Positions 29,500-39,369 of a stretch of DNA of 64,000 bases are shown in pieces. Each line of letters begins with the position of its first letter. Within the stretch, counting starts at the first letter, position 1. The notes under the pieces are model-generated. The model saw only the letters and a list, made by a program, of their open reading frames with translations, did no database searches and was not told the origin of the DNA. The position numbers and the translations under genes were made by a program. This DNA is from a virus, in the IMG/VR virus record IMGVR_UViG_3300029928_000010. The stretch is one strand, 5' to 3'.

Positions 29500-29640
29500 G
29501 ATGCCAGGTCGTCAATCTTGTGTTTCATTTCCATCAATGAAACAGTTTCTTTCATAGGAATGAAACTAAGTTTTTACGCATTGACGCATGATTTACGGAA
29601 AATGCTCTTATCTTTGCGGAATTATTTTAAACGTTAAAAG
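29500..29640 (+). promoter_or_regulatory. Promoter/operator-like region
   Basis: TATCTTTG -7 motif at about 29609-29616, 27 nt before the ATG at 29643. It is preceded by palindromes tgtttcat...atgaaaca and tttcat...atgaaa. Confidence 0.3.
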
Positions 29641-29642
29641 TT

Positions 29643-30149
29643 ATGGATGATGATAAGCAAGTCGAAGTTCAACGGCTAATAAAGGACATCGACATCACCG
29701 AGCTTATGGGCTTGATGATGCGGAGCGGAAATCGGTATTCAAGAAGGATATTGAAGTTCTTTCGTGGCTTCTGTAAATGGATGCCGATAATGCTAATGTT
29801 GTTTCACGCATACGGAATATGGGAGTTCGGGCAGCACCCAAGGGAGATGTTTGTGCCTTATTGGGAGAATATGCCTTGCTATGCCTTCATCTACTTTATG
29901 CTGTATGTTTTCCCGATTGTGATTATCTTTGCGAGCAGGTTTTTCTATCTCTGTTGGAGATACAGAATACCTTTCTTCTATTTCTTCGGAATGAACGCCG
30001 TGCATATCGTCGGTTGGAGCTGGTACACGACAAATGATATGGTTGAGTCTTGTTATACGATAATGTTGCTGACGGCTATGTTCTATCTGTATGGTTTTAT
30101 TGAGTTGTTTCTTACTAAGAGCAAGATTGGCAAGAAAATATGCTCATAA
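29643..30149 (+). CDS. Hypothetical multi-pass membrane protein
   Basis: 168 aa with about 4 hydrophobic segments. Confidence 0.4.
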   Translation: MDDDKQVEVQRLIKDIDITELMGLMMRSGNRYSRRILKFFRGFCKWMPIMLMLFHAYGIWEFGQHPREMFVPYWENMPCYAFIYFMLYVFPIVIIFASRFFYLCWRYRIPFFYFFGMNAVHIVGWSWYTTNDMVESCYTIMLLTAMFYLYGFIELFLTKSKIGKKICS

Positions 30150-30188
30150 TGTATGATTTTGTGAGAATTTCGTAAAAATCAATATAAT

Positions 30189-30530
30189 ATGAAGAAAGCA
30201 TTGAATTACGAGGTCTTGGGAATGGCTTTAAAATCTTTGAGCGATGCTTGTTTCAAGGCAGCGGAGCAAGAGAGAAACGGAGAACCTGTGACCGCTTGCG
30301 GAATGAGCGACGACGACTTGGATAATCTCTGTGAGCAGATTCCATTTATGCTTAATCCTATGATGAGCACGGAGGAGGTCAAGGAGAAGCTACACGTGTC
30401 GGACGCTACGTTGAACAGAATGGTGAACCGTGGTGATATTCCCAACGGCGAATGCAAGAAACGTGGTCATACGAGGTACTGGAATAAATGGGACATTCTA
30501 CATTTCTTGAAGAAAAAGAGGGGCAAGTGA
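30189..30530 (+). CDS. AlpA/excisionase-type HTH DNA-binding protein
   Basis: 113 aa. HTH segment EVKEKLHVSDATLNRMVNRGDIP. Confidence 0.4.
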   Translation: MKKALNYEVLGMALKSLSDACFKAAEQERNGEPVTACGMSDDDLDNLCEQIPFMLNPMMSTEEVKEKLHVSDATLNRMVNRGDIPNGECKKRGHTRYWNKWDILHFLKKKRGK

Positions 30531-30732
30531 TTGTTCCTCTTTTTTTTGTTTCAAGTTTTACAAACATTGGAAAGAATGACATTACCTCGTATCACCTTAA
30601 ATCTTTGATAATCAACCATTAAAAGAAATCGTGAGCGAGTTATGGCCTATCTCGCACATTCATCGTACCTTTGCATCCGTAGTACTACAATAGTGTTAGA
30701 TAACTTTAAGGATAACTTAAAAAGATTGTTTT

Positions 30733-31425
30733 ATGGAAATGACAGATGCAAAAGTCGTGGAGAAGAGAATCTACGAGGAAGGAAAGAAGCACGACTATGC
30801 TTCAAAGGCTACTGGAAACGCAGGGCTTACATTAGGCATCATCGGCACAGCACTCGGTGCTGGTGCTTGGTTACTCGGTAACAACAGAAGCGTTTTCGGC
30901 TCTCTCGGTGGCAGCAATATGCCAGAGAACGTGAACATTAACGCATACGGATATGGAATGAGCGGAAACGCCAACCAGCCATCCGCATTGCAAGTGTTGG
31001 AGAAGGAGAATAGCGACGAGGTTAAGCTGCTTACCGATATGTTCGGCTTGAAGCTCGACACAGCCTACAAGTTCTATCAGATGCGTGAGGTTGATACAGC
31101 GGAGAAGTTTAGCCTCTACAAGGGCTATATGGATGCTGTGAACGCTGAGAACCGAAGAAGCGTTGAGGCAGAATTTGGTCTCTACAAGAACGGTAGAGAC
31201 ATGAATGACGCTACGAATGCCAAGATTGCGGCACTCGAAGCAAAGATTGCCGTGATGGAGGCTCTTGCTCCTTACAAGGAGAAGATTCTGTTGCAAGCTA
31301 TGGACTTAAAGACAGCCTACGACATCAAGGGTCAGTTGGTATTGCCATCCACACCTACGGTCACAGGCTATGGCAGCTATTGTTGCTGCAACCGCTCGAC
31401 TGCTACGACAACTCCCACTACCTAA
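30733..31425 (+). CDS. Hypothetical protein with one TM segment
   Basis: 230 aa. TM segment GLTLGIIGTALGAGAWLLG. Cys-rich C-terminus. Confidence 0.4.
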   Translation: MEMTDAKVVEKRIYEEGKKHDYASKATGNAGLTLGIIGTALGAGAWLLGNNRSVFGSLGGSNMPENVNINAYGYGMSGNANQPSALQVLEKENSDEVKLLTDMFGLKLDTAYKFYQMREVDTAEKFSLYKGYMDAVNAENRRSVEAEFGLYKNGRDMNDATNAKIAALEAKIAVMEALAPYKEKILLQAMDLKTAYDIKGQLVLPSTPTVTGYGSYCCCNRSTATTTPTT

Positions 31426-31547
31426 CAGAAAGGTAACAAGGAAGTCCGTAAGAAAGGCTAAGAAAAGATGAGTTGGTGAGGGGTGTTTGCCTCTCTAAGG
31501 TGGATGCCCTATCACCTCTCTATAATATATCACCAACTTAAAGATAT

Positions 31548-32042
31548 TTGAATATGATGAATTTCAACAGCCCACTGCTCGACATGGGCAACAATCAACA
31601 ACAACCGCAAATGATGGATGCTGAGTTGCAGAAGATATACGAGGCTATCCAACAGAAGCGAGCGTCCATCAATATGCAAGCGCAACAGTCCTCTACTCCA
31701 CTATGGGACGAGATAGATAAGATTGAGGATGGGCTTACTGGCGCACAACGTCAGTACTTGATGCAAAATCAAGAGTACGTGGATAGCTTGCAGTACGTCA
31801 CGAAGCTCATACAGGATGAGGAGCTGCGCATCATTCGCCCTCGTATTGAGAACACCCAACAAGGGCAGGACGCATTGAAGAAGCATCTTTCACTTATGCA
31901 GCACCTAAAGAAGGAGGCTACACAAGTCGAGGAGCAGAAGAATGCACTACGTGATGAATACTTTGAACACTATGCCGACAAGATGAACTATGCCGAGTTT
32001 ATCGCCATGAAGCAAGGAAAGAAAGGAGGGTCTAAGAAATGA
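31548..32042 (+). CDS. Hypothetical protein
   Basis: 164-aa ORF, Q-rich N-terminus. Confidence 0.4.
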   Translation: MNMMNFNSPLLDMGNNQQQPQMMDAELQKIYEAIQQKRASINMQAQQSSTPLWDEIDKIEDGLTGAQRQYLMQNQEYVDSLQYVTKLIQDEELRIIRPRIENTQQGQDALKKHLSLMQHLKKEATQVEEQKNALRDEYFEHYADKMNYAEFIAMKQGKKGGSKK

Positions 32043-32470
32043 ATGTACCAGAGTTAAAAGAGAAACTGCTTGCATCAATAGACCTTTGGGTGGATGCAAG
32101 GATTGACGATATGGTTAAGGGCAACCCAATGATGGCTGTACCTTCGACATACATAAAGCGAGCCGCACATAACGTGATTGCTCACAACAAGGACAAATGG
32201 GGCAAGAGCATAGACAACGCTACCCTATTCATCGCCGACGAGAACGGAGACGTGAACGCCGGCACCATCTTTGATGATATGATGCAGATGCTCAAATCCG
32301 TGCAAGACTATCACTTTGATGTTGGTTTCATTCACGGACATATCGACGATGGCATCATAAGCATTGATATGCCCGACAATATTCTGACGGTGATATTCCT
32401 CGGAAACAAGCGAAGCATTAGTATTACTCCAGATGATTTCTTGGAGTTAAAGGCATTGATAACAGAATAG
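32039..32470 (+). CDS. Hypothetical protein
   Basis: 143-aa ORF, 4-nt overlap with the upstream gene. Confidence 0.4.
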   Translation: MNVPELKEKLLASIDLWVDARIDDMVKGNPMMAVPSTYIKRAAHNVIAHNKDKWGKSIDNATLFIADENGDVNAGTIFDDMMQMLKSVQDYHFDVGFIHGHIDDGIISIDMPDNILTVIFLGNKRSISITPDDFLELKALITE

Positions 32471-32492
32471 TATTACTTTAACGATTAATAAG

Positions 32493-32921
32493 ATGAAAAA
32501 GGTTTTTGAAAGAGTTTTGGCTTGCGATGATATACAAGCGGTAAAGAACGTTGTGTCCATCATGGCAGAGTCATGTGATATTGGAATGAATGACTCCTGC
32601 GCCCTGGAAATGATGAAACAGGTTCAGGGAGAAATCGGTGCGTGCCACTACGACGAGGAAATGGCAAAGATGCACCTTTGTTTGATAGGTCAGCTTCACA
32701 CAGCAGACGTAGCGAAGGACTACTGGCACGAGGTTGATAACGACAAGATAACCATACCCGACTGGCTCGTTCTTTGGGGAGAAATGGTTAAGCGAAACGA
32801 TGCGAAAATCAAGAAATGGTTTCCAAAGTGCTCCACTCTTGACTATGAGAAGAAGATTCTCGATGAGTGTGTTTCATTCCTCGGAAGCGGTCAGATGCCT
32901 TTTTATGACCTAAAAGTGTAA
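32493..32921 (+). CDS. Hypothetical protein
   Basis: 142-aa ORF. Confidence 0.4.
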   Translation: MKKVFERVLACDDIQAVKNVVSIMAESCDIGMNDSCALEMMKQVQGEIGACHYDEEMAKMHLCLIGQLHTADVAKDYWHEVDNDKITIPDWLVLWGEMVKRNDAKIKKWFPKCSTLDYEKKILDECVSFLGSGQMPFYDLKV

Positions 32922-33028
32922 TTTATTTGTCGTTGTCTTGTGAGTCTCGATTTATTTTGCTATCTTTGCGGAGTAAACCGAGACTTATTGTATTATTGAT
33001 TTAGGATAACAAATTCAGGATAACGACA

Positions 33029-33592
33029 ATGATTCAGACAACGACAGATGTAGTAGGCAACACTGGAACAAGGTTTCTAGGTGGTCTTTTAAGCGCAGAG
33101 ATGATAGCGGTATTCTACGATATGCGGTGGATGCTGTTATTGATAGCTTTGTGCGTGATTGCTGACTTTCGGTATGGTTGGGGCGAAAGCTCACGGCGAT
33201 ATTCAGAAGCAGAGAAAGCAGGTGATAAACTCTTGATGGTTCAATATAAGTGGCGAACGTCTAGGGCTGTCCGACGTACTATCAACAAACTCATTGACTA
33301 CGTTGTGTGGACTGTGGTAGGAATGGCAATAGGTATGGCTATTTTAGAACCTATAGGCGTTAATCATATCTTCGGTGGTGTAGTAGCAACTGCGATTGCA
33401 GTAACTTGCGAGGCAAAGAGTTTCTTCGGGCATTTCTTCTATTTACACGGAGTAAACGTAGAGCAGAAGACAATCACAGGATTCATTAAGGCTATTATCG
33501 TGGCTCTTGCCAAGTCCAAGAATGAGACTTTTGGCGAGGCTTTAGAGGATGGCTTAAATAAAGAAAGCGAGGCGCAAGATGGCAAATCATAA
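33029..33592 (+). CDS. Putative holin (multi-TM)
   Basis: 187 aa with 3-4 TM segments. Overlaps the endolysin gene start by 14 nt. Confidence 0.45.
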   Translation: MIQTTTDVVGNTGTRFLGGLLSAEMIAVFYDMRWMLLLIALCVIADFRYGWGESSRRYSEAEKAGDKLLMVQYKWRTSRAVRRTINKLIDYVVWTVVGMAIGMAILEPIGVNHIFGGVVATAIAVTCEAKSFFGHFFYLHGVNVEQKTITGFIKAIIVALAKSKNETFGEALEDGLNKESEAQDGKS

Positions 33593-34112
33593 GATTTTAT
33601 CTCCATTCATTCTTTCCCATGAAGGAGGTTTTATCAACCACCCTAAAGACCCTGGAGGCGCAACAATGAAAGGTGTCACGCTTGCAACCTTCCGCTCGGT
33701 ATATGGCAAGAAAAAGACAGTGAGAGACTTGAAGAAGATAACCACGGAACAGTGGAACAACATCTTTAAAAAATACTATTGGGACAAGTGCAAGGCTGAC
33801 TTGATAGACAACCAGAGCGTTGCCAATATGCTTGTTGATTTCTCTTGGAATAGCGGTGTTAGCACGGCGGTCTCTGTCATTCAGAAGATTGTCGGCGTAG
33901 CAGCCGATGGAATTATGGGCAGGGTAACAATCGGTGCTATCAATGGATATTACAAGGGTAGTCAATTCGTGTTCGATACGTTGAAAGATAATCGCAAGAA
34001 TTACCTCAAAGGTTTGAAGAACTGGGAAACGTTCAAGAACGGATGGACTACAAGGGTAGAGTCTATCAAGTATGGCTCACTCACGTATTCGGGTAAAACT
34101 ATAAAATGTTGA
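33579..34112 (+). CDS. Endolysin, GH108-family lysozyme with PG-binding C-terminus
   Basis: N-terminal signature LSHEGGFINHPKDPGGATMKGVT, the EGG…DxGGxTxxG motif typical of GH108. Confidence 0.7.
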   Translation: MANHKILSPFILSHEGGFINHPKDPGGATMKGVTLATFRSVYGKKKTVRDLKKITTEQWNNIFKKYYWDKCKADLIDNQSVANMLVDFSWNSGVSTAVSVIQKIVGVAADGIMGRVTIGAINGYYKGSQFVFDTLKDNRKNYLKGLKNWETFKNGWTTRVESIKYGSLTYSGKTIKC

Positions 34113-34116
34113 AGTT

Positions 34117-34563
34117 ATGAGAATGTTCAATTTAGATTTGTGGAAATGGTTATTGATATGCGTCGTTTCCTTCCTATGTCTCTCTTTCTTCTGTAGATGC
34201 ACTACGACAAAGTATGTGCCAGTCACAGAGTACAGGGACAGGATTGTAAACAAGACGGACTCTTTCTTAAAGACTGATTCCGTTTATGTTCACGACAGCG
34301 TATCGGTTTACATACGAGGCGATACTGTCTATAAAGATAAGTTTCGACTCCAGTACAAAGACCGATACATCGTAAGAAATAAGTCGGACACTTTGATTGT
34401 GCGTGATTCGATACCATATAGAGTGAACATCATAAAAGAAAAGCAATTATCTTCAACCGATAAGACCTTCATAGGTTTGGGTAAGATATTCTCCGTAATA
34501 ATTTTCATAGGAGTGCTTGCCTTCATCGGTTGGATATACTGGAGATTGAAATTACACAAATGA
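34117..34563 (+). CDS. Spanin-like lysis protein
   Basis: 148 aa. N-terminal signal/lipobox-like region (LSFFCRC) and a C-terminal TM segment. Last gene of the lysis cassette. Confidence 0.4.
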   Translation: MRMFNLDLWKWLLICVVSFLCLSFFCRCTTTKYVPVTEYRDRIVNKTDSFLKTDSVYVHDSVSVYIRGDTVYKDKFRLQYKDRYIVRNKSDTLIVRDSIPYRVNIIKEKQLSSTDKTFIGLGKIFSVIIFIGVLAFIGWIYWRLKLHK

Positions 34564-34633
34564 TGATACTGGTAAATGCTTTTTCATTTTTATTATTTTG
34601 TTAAGTTTTTGTTGATTAGTTAGTTGTGAAAAC

Positions 34634-34672
34634 AAAAAGGGGCGACCGTCCGAGAAGGATAGCCGCCCCTAA
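34634..34672. terminator. Bidirectional terminator between the late (plus) and early (minus) operons
   Basis: Stem aggggcg...cgcccct flanked by an A run upstream and AT-rich sequence downstream. The lysis and early operons converge here. Confidence 0.45.
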
Positions 34673-34694
34673 TTATATATAATGCACAGAAATA

Positions 34695-35330
34695 TTATTC
34701 TTCGTCCGCTTGCTCGAACTTGATGCCATACTTGTCGACGTAGTATTGCTCGTTTGGTCTTCGCTTGGTCTGTGAGTCGTAGTAAAGGATTGCGCTGTCC
34801 CTATCAAAGAAGTAGTTGTATTTCTTCGACAAAGTCCACATTGCTTTATATATCCTTTCCGGTATAACCTTAACTTTGAACTTTGTCTGTTGTGGTAAAC
34901 CACTCAACACTCTCCACTCCTCCATTCTCCTTGTTCGAGAACGTTTCTTGTGAATAGCCTTATAATCTAGCTGTCTTCTTGCATAATCCAATCTCCAGGA
35001 AGTCTTATCTTGAAGCCTCATAATGGTTTCTTGCGTATGATGCACCCCAAGCCTTCGTGCCCAACGAGCAACGGTAGTCTTGCCTATTCCCAACTCCTTA
35101 GCTATCTCTGAAGAAGACATCGTAGGGTACATATTTACTATTTGTTCCTCGATTCCGTCTCGCTTCTTCGTTAGCTCACTCTTTATCTCACCTCCGTTTT
35201 TTCGGACTATTCGATAGACTGTTCCCAATGATATTCCGCAGTGTTCAGCAACCTTTGTCCGTGGTCTGTCGTTAATGTGAGCTATCACATAGTCCTCGAT
35301 TTCCTTTGGTGTCTTTTGAAATGCAGGCAT
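34695..35330 (-). CDS. Double-HTH DNA-binding protein
   Basis: 211 aa with two HTH-like segments (TKVAEHCGISLGTVYRIV; SSEIAKELGIGKTTVARWARRLG). Last gene of the early operon. Could be a regulator or a small-terminase-like protein. Confidence 0.4.
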   Translation of the reverse strand: MPAFQKTPKEIEDYVIAHINDRPRTKVAEHCGISLGTVYRIVRKNGGEIKSELTKKRDGIEEQIVNMYPTMSSSEIAKELGIGKTTVARWARRLGVHHTQETIMRLQDKTSWRLDYARRQLDYKAIHKKRSRTRRMEEWRVLSGLPQQTKFKVKVIPERIYKAMWTLSKKYNYFFDRDSAILYYDSQTKRRPNEQYYVDKYGIKFEQADEE

Positions 35331-35704
35331 TATCGAAAATCGCCATTACCATCAATCTTACCTCTCTGCTGACGAGAGGCGAGCTTGTCAAGGTTCTCCT
35401 GGCAGATACTGTTACTATCCCACCCCATTGCGAAAACAAGTCCATTAAGCTGCCAGAAGCAATCGCCAAGCTCGGCTCTGATAGCAGTAATCTCCTCCTC
35501 TGATACATCGTTGTTGAAATAAACTTGGTTGTTATTAATGAAAGCCTTTCCCTTGCGAATGAGCTTACCTATCTTGGATGTAAACTCGCCAAGTTCACCC
35601 ATAAGGTTGAGAGTCATGTAGCTAAAGTTGTCGCAAGTCGGCATACAAGTTTTCATCGCCAACTTCTGATACTCATTAAGAGTCATTTCTTTCTTATTCT
35701 CCAT
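35330..35704 (-). CDS. MazG-like nucleotide pyrophosphohydrolase
   Basis: 124 aa. Motifs EYQKLAMKT, NLMGELGEFTSKIGKLIRKG and AELGDCFWQLNGL. Confidence 0.55.
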   Translation of the reverse strand: MENKKEMTLNEYQKLAMKTCMPTCDNFSYMTLNLMGELGEFTSKIGKLIRKGKAFINNNQVYFNNDVSEEEITAIRAELGDCFWQLNGLVFAMGWDSNSICQENLDKLASRQQRGKIDGNGDFR

Positions 35705-35724
35705 TTCTTATTATGATTTAAAAA

Positions 35725-36003
35725 TTACTTTTTATTTCCATACTGTCCGTGCAGGAATTTGAGCACATTGATTGTTGCTAATTCATTCATTAGCTTCTGC
35801 TCGTCGAATATAGTCGTTACGGTTGCCTCGTCTCTGTTGAGGTCGTACAGCAATCCATCTGTTGGCTGATTAACAATATCCTCTAATTTCATCTTCACGA
35901 CACCCTCGCAAGTGTTAAACAACACGCAACCTTCATCGAAAGCCTTGCGCTGTGCTTCGATTATATCTTTCTTTTCCATATTACTTTGTTTTATGTTCGT
36001 CAA
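35725..36003 (-). CDS. Hypothetical protein
   Basis: 92-aa ORF in the early operon. Confidence 0.35.
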   Translation of the reverse strand: MTNIKQSNMEKKDIIEAQRKAFDEGCVLFNTCEGVVKMKLEDIVNQPTDGLLYDLNRDEATVTTIFDEQKLMNELATINVLKFLHGQYGNKK

Positions 36004-36220
36004 ACGAAAGATACTTCATCTTTGCGAATCGGTATGATTGCCAAATTCTCGCTACTGTTCTCACTCTTGGAGTGAAGTCAGAAATACAGCCATTATAGGT
36101 ATCAAACCCAAGGATGATGTATTTCTTTTCCAAGTACCCTGCCACATAAGCACCAATATCCTTTCCTTTGTAAAGAACTGGCTCACCAATATGTACCCTA
36201 CAAAATTCTTCGTTTGTCAT
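35981..36220 (-). CDS. Hypothetical protein
   Basis: 79-aa ORF. Confidence 0.35.
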   Translation of the reverse strand: MTNEEFCRVHIGEPVLYKGKDIGAYVAGYLEKKYIILGFDTYNGCISDFTPRVRTVARIWQSYRFAKMKYLSFDEHKTK

Positions 36221-36223
36221 ATA

Positions 36224-36598
36224 TTATTTGAACTTAATAACAAAAAAATCCTTATCCAACCACTTGTCTGGGCAAAGCCCTTTCTTAGGCTTTCCGATGG
36301 TGATACTAACGATTTCCTTCTCGATATACGGCTCACCACCCTTTGGGTAGCCGTTGGTGAAGCGGACATGGGTAAACTTATCGTCACATAAGTCATTGTC
36401 TATTCTTTGCAAAGTTGCCTTCATGCAGTTAACGCAACTAGATGGTCGTCCATCGCACTTCTTCTTAAAGTGATTTGGGAACAAACGAACCATCCAATAG
36501 TCTTTTATCTCCCTATATTCCTCGGTCTTTTCTCCCGAAGCTACCTTCTCGTACCACTCCTTAGTGAGTGATAGGTTTAATACTTTCTTTTCTTTCAT
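36224..36598 (-). CDS. Hypothetical protein
   Basis: 124-aa ORF. A 56-aa minus-strand ORF upstream (stop at 36595) overlaps its ATG. Confidence 0.4.
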   Translation of the reverse strand: MKEKKVLNLSLTKEWYEKVASGEKTEEYREIKDYWMVRLFPNHFKKKCDGRPSSCVNCMKATLQRIDNDLCDDKFTHVRFTNGYPKGGEPYIEKEIVSITIGKPKKGLCPDKWLDKDFFVIKFK

Positions 36599-36768
36599 AC
36601 ACTCAATGCTTTATCTAGTTCCTTAATCGCCTTGCGCCTGTCGGCGTTTCCTATTCGCTTCCACCACAAGGTATCTTGATACTTTCGTTTCTTGCCACTC
36701 AGCCCGAGCTGATTGACACGAAACCAATAGTTAATCTTGCCGAAAATGCTATCTCGCCTAACCATAAG

Positions 36769-37110
36769 CTAATCGTATTTTGATTTGTCTTTAACGAACT
36801 CACCATCCTTGAAGTCATACCACTCGTACTGATTATCATCGTTGTATGCGTTCTTGTCATAGTGAGAGATAACTAATTGTAGCTTCACCTCCTTCTTGCC
36901 TTTTGCAAGTTCGGCGGCGTGGATGAAAATTCCGTTGCGGTCGTTGATGAATATCTGCTTCATACGACCTCCTTCTTTCTCGTCACGCCACCATAGGTTT
37001 CCGTGATATTCTGTAAACGGTCTCATTTCCTGCCTCTCTTTCTTATTATACTTATCGCCTTGGTGATGCGGTGGTCGCATTGCACTGGGTACATGATGCA
37101 CTTGACCCAC
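36769..37110 (-). CDS. Hypothetical protein (start may be internal)
   Basis: 113-aa ORF. Confidence 0.3.
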   Translation of the reverse strand: MGQVHHVPSAMRPPHHQGDKYNKKERQEMRPFTEYHGNLWWRDEKEGGRMKQIFINDRNGIFIHAAELAKGKKEVKLQLVISHYDKNAYNDDNQYEWYDFKDGEFVKDKSKYD

Positions 37111-37335
37111 CAGTATTCAGATGTTGTCTTATGATGCTTGTGAAATGGTGAGTTGCGAAGAATTTTTCTTGCTAGTCTGATTTTCATATTTTTACAATTA
37201 AGAATACCATACTTCTTTTGGTAGCATATAATAGCTCATTTGAGTATAGAACTCTTCTGCTATAATATCTAATGCGTTTGGAAGTCTTGCATCAATAAAG
37301 CCATAACCGTTATACGTTTCTTCCATATTGTTTAA

Positions 37336-37536
37336 TTATTTTATTTCTACAGGAGAACTATTAAAGGTCAGTTCTCTTCCTATTAGCTTTTTGATGCTGC
37401 CATAAGGAAGTATCATACATTCTCCCCACCATTCACCATGCTTCTCACATCGTTTTGGCTTGTAATAGAACATCTTTTCTATACCATTATAATCAACGGC
37501 AAGCCATCTGTTAAATATTATTCCTCTTTTATCCAT
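37336..37536 (-). CDS. Hypothetical protein
   Basis: 66 aa. Confidence 0.3.
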   Translation of the reverse strand: MDKRGIIFNRWLAVDYNGIEKMFYYKPKRCEKHGEWWGECMILPYGSIKKLIGRELTFNSSPVEIK

Positions 37537-37538
37537 AA

Positions 37539-37784
37539 CTATTCCTTCAATAGATTAAAGTCTGCAACACTATGATAGAAGTCACCATCCGAATAAATAG
37601 AACATGAATAGATTTTACCATCTACATTGACTTCAAAATAGCCGTTGCCCTCATAGGTGATTTCAACTTCTTTTGGTAGGATGTTCTCTTTAAACCATTC
37701 TGTACCTTCATACTTATCCATTGGTTCATGTGTTTCAAAATATATACATTCACAATTCTTTATATCTTCGATGCCCATATTCAA
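37539..37784 (-). CDS. Hypothetical protein
   Basis: 81 aa, 2-nt gap to its neighbour. Confidence 0.35.
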   Translation of the reverse strand: MNMGIEDIKNCECIYFETHEPMDKYEGTEWFKENILPKEVEITYEGNGYFEVNVDGKIYSCSIYSDGDFYHSVADFNLLKE

Positions 37785-38113
37785 TCCTCCTTTTCCTTTA
37801 GTATCATTTGCACTTGCTCATACATCGAGCCATCCCATCCTTCATCAATGGTATCATCGTCATGCTGGTGGTGTTGCCATACATAATCGCTTATACAACT
37901 TCTAAAATAATCGCCACTCGTTCCCTCGCAACTATTATCATCATAGAAACCCTCATACCCAAGGAGTTCTTGACATTCCTTGTGCATTAACAAGACACTT
38001 CTGTATTGAGGTACAAACTGACGAATGTAATTTGTACCCACCTCTATCTTGCATCCACACATACAGCAAGTATGAGGTGTACGAGCCTTTAGTTCTTTAT
38101 CAATCCAGTCCAT
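37781..38113 (-). CDS. Hypothetical Cys-rich (zinc-finger-like) protein
   Basis: 110 aa. CCMCGC…C…HKEC pattern. Confidence 0.35.
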   Translation of the reverse strand: MDWIDKELKARTPHTCCMCGCKIEVGTNYIRQFVPQYRSVLLMHKECQELLGYEGFYDDNSCEGTSGDYFRSCISDYVWQHHQHDDDTIDEGWDGSMYEQVQMILKEKED

Positions 38114-38115
38114 AC

Positions 38116-38517
38116 TTAACCCTCGCTTTCTGCTTTTATGCCTACAGCACTACCATCGTCAAAAAAGGTAAACTTCTCTAAAAGAAAATCAAACCCACAA
38201 TTACCTCCATTAACAACACAACAACTATTCGAAACTGCCGTTATCAGGATATTATCCTTGGTGGCTTTTGACTTCAACCACCCAAACGGTTGATGCTTCA
38301 ACATTTCCTGCCAACACTCCTCTGCGTTAACAAAGGGTCTGTAGGTAGGTTCTGGCTTGATACGGTAGTCATTGACATTAACAAAGGCATTCTCAGCATA
38401 AAAGCCATCCTCTGTTGTAATGTCTTTCCAAACTCCATTATCTCTGTATTGTATCACTCTGCCTTCTGCAAACGCTTGCAAGACAGGAAATAACTTAGCT
38501 ACTTCTTCACGTGTCAT
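38116..38517 (-). CDS. Hypothetical protein
   Basis: 133 aa. Confidence 0.35.
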   Translation of the reverse strand: MTREEVAKLFPVLQAFAEGRVIQYRDNGVWKDITTEDGFYAENAFVNVNDYRIKPEPTYRPFVNAEECWQEMLKHQPFGWLKSKATKDNILITAVSNSCCVVNGGNCGFDFLLEKFTFFDDGSAVGIKAESEG

Positions 38518-38518
38518 A

Positions 38519-38722
38519 TTACTCTTTGTTTAATTGTTCATAAAATATATCGAATGCTTTCTGAGCATCCTCCTTACTTTCATAGGTATTATGAGTTTCG
38601 CCTATTGTAGTAAGGACAATTATGCCCTTACCTCTGAGTGTAATACTGATTACTTTATCCTTCATCAGTATGATGTTTCCTGCTTTGATTGCATCCATAC
38701 TAATCTCCCTCCAACTCTTCAA
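38519..38722 (-). CDS. Hypothetical protein
   Basis: 67 aa. Confidence 0.3.
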   Translation of the reverse strand: MKSWREISMDAIKAGNIILMKDKVISITLRGKGIIVLTTIGETHNTYESKEDAQKAFDIFYEQLNKE

Positions 38723-38855
38723 GTGCTTCGTTTAATAAATCTTTAGTCATATCAATGTTTGTATTGTCTGAATCAGTAATACCAACTGTTGCATCAAGAT
38801 AGTTTAATGACTCTTCTATCTTTTGTTTTGCTTTTTCCTTGTTCGTCATTTTTAT

Positions 38856-39056
38856 TTATAAATTAAAATAAAATTTAATTATAACATAGGATATTGCCAT
38901 AAGAACTACCCCTATAAAGAATAACCCAAACATTATTCCTTCATTAAATGCAAAAATAATGCTTATCGATGAAATTAACAGCACTCCAATAGTTGCTAAT
39001 GAAGCTGCTATGTATTGCATTATCTTATCTTTCAATTCTTCTGTCATATTCTTCAA
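38856..39056 (-). CDS. Small membrane protein
   Basis: 66 aa with two TM segments. Confidence 0.35.
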   Translation of the reverse strand: MKNMTEELKDKIMQYIAASLATIGVLLISSISIIFAFNEGIMFGLFFIGVVLMAISYVIIKFYFNL

Positions 39057-39097
39057 TCTTTACCCTCTCCCTGCTGTCACCAAGGAGAGGTGGTTAG

Positions 39098-39343
39098 TTA
39101 ATCATTCTTGATGCAACGGTTCTCAAACATCTTGTAAGCATCAAGATAGAACTCATCCTTAACCTTGTTGTATGTAACCTCATAGTACATACCATCAGGA
39201 AGTGTTGTTGACAGAAGCCACTTAGCATTACCCAAGATGTAGCACTGCCATACTACAAACACATTAAACACTTGCTTAGGGTCACTCTTATCCAAGTGCT
39301 CCTCAGCGTACTTTCTTACAAATTCAATTACTTTTTTATTCAT
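39098..39343 (-). CDS. Hypothetical protein
   Basis: 81 aa. Confidence 0.35.
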   Translation of the reverse strand: MNKKVIEFVRKYAEEHLDKSDPKQVFNVFVVWQCYILGNAKWLLSTTLPDGMYYEVTYNKVKDEFYLDAYKMFENRCIKND

Positions 39344-39369
39344 ATTCTTACTATTTAGCCCGAAGGCTG

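Noticed and set aside
39063-39090. Hairpin cctctcc-(13 nt)-ggagagg with the same stem as hairpin B
   Set aside because: The loop (ctgctgtcaccaa) is unrelated to the conserved TCCTCACGGAC loop. Probably an ordinary intergenic stem-loop, so it is not grouped with the hairpin A/B pair.
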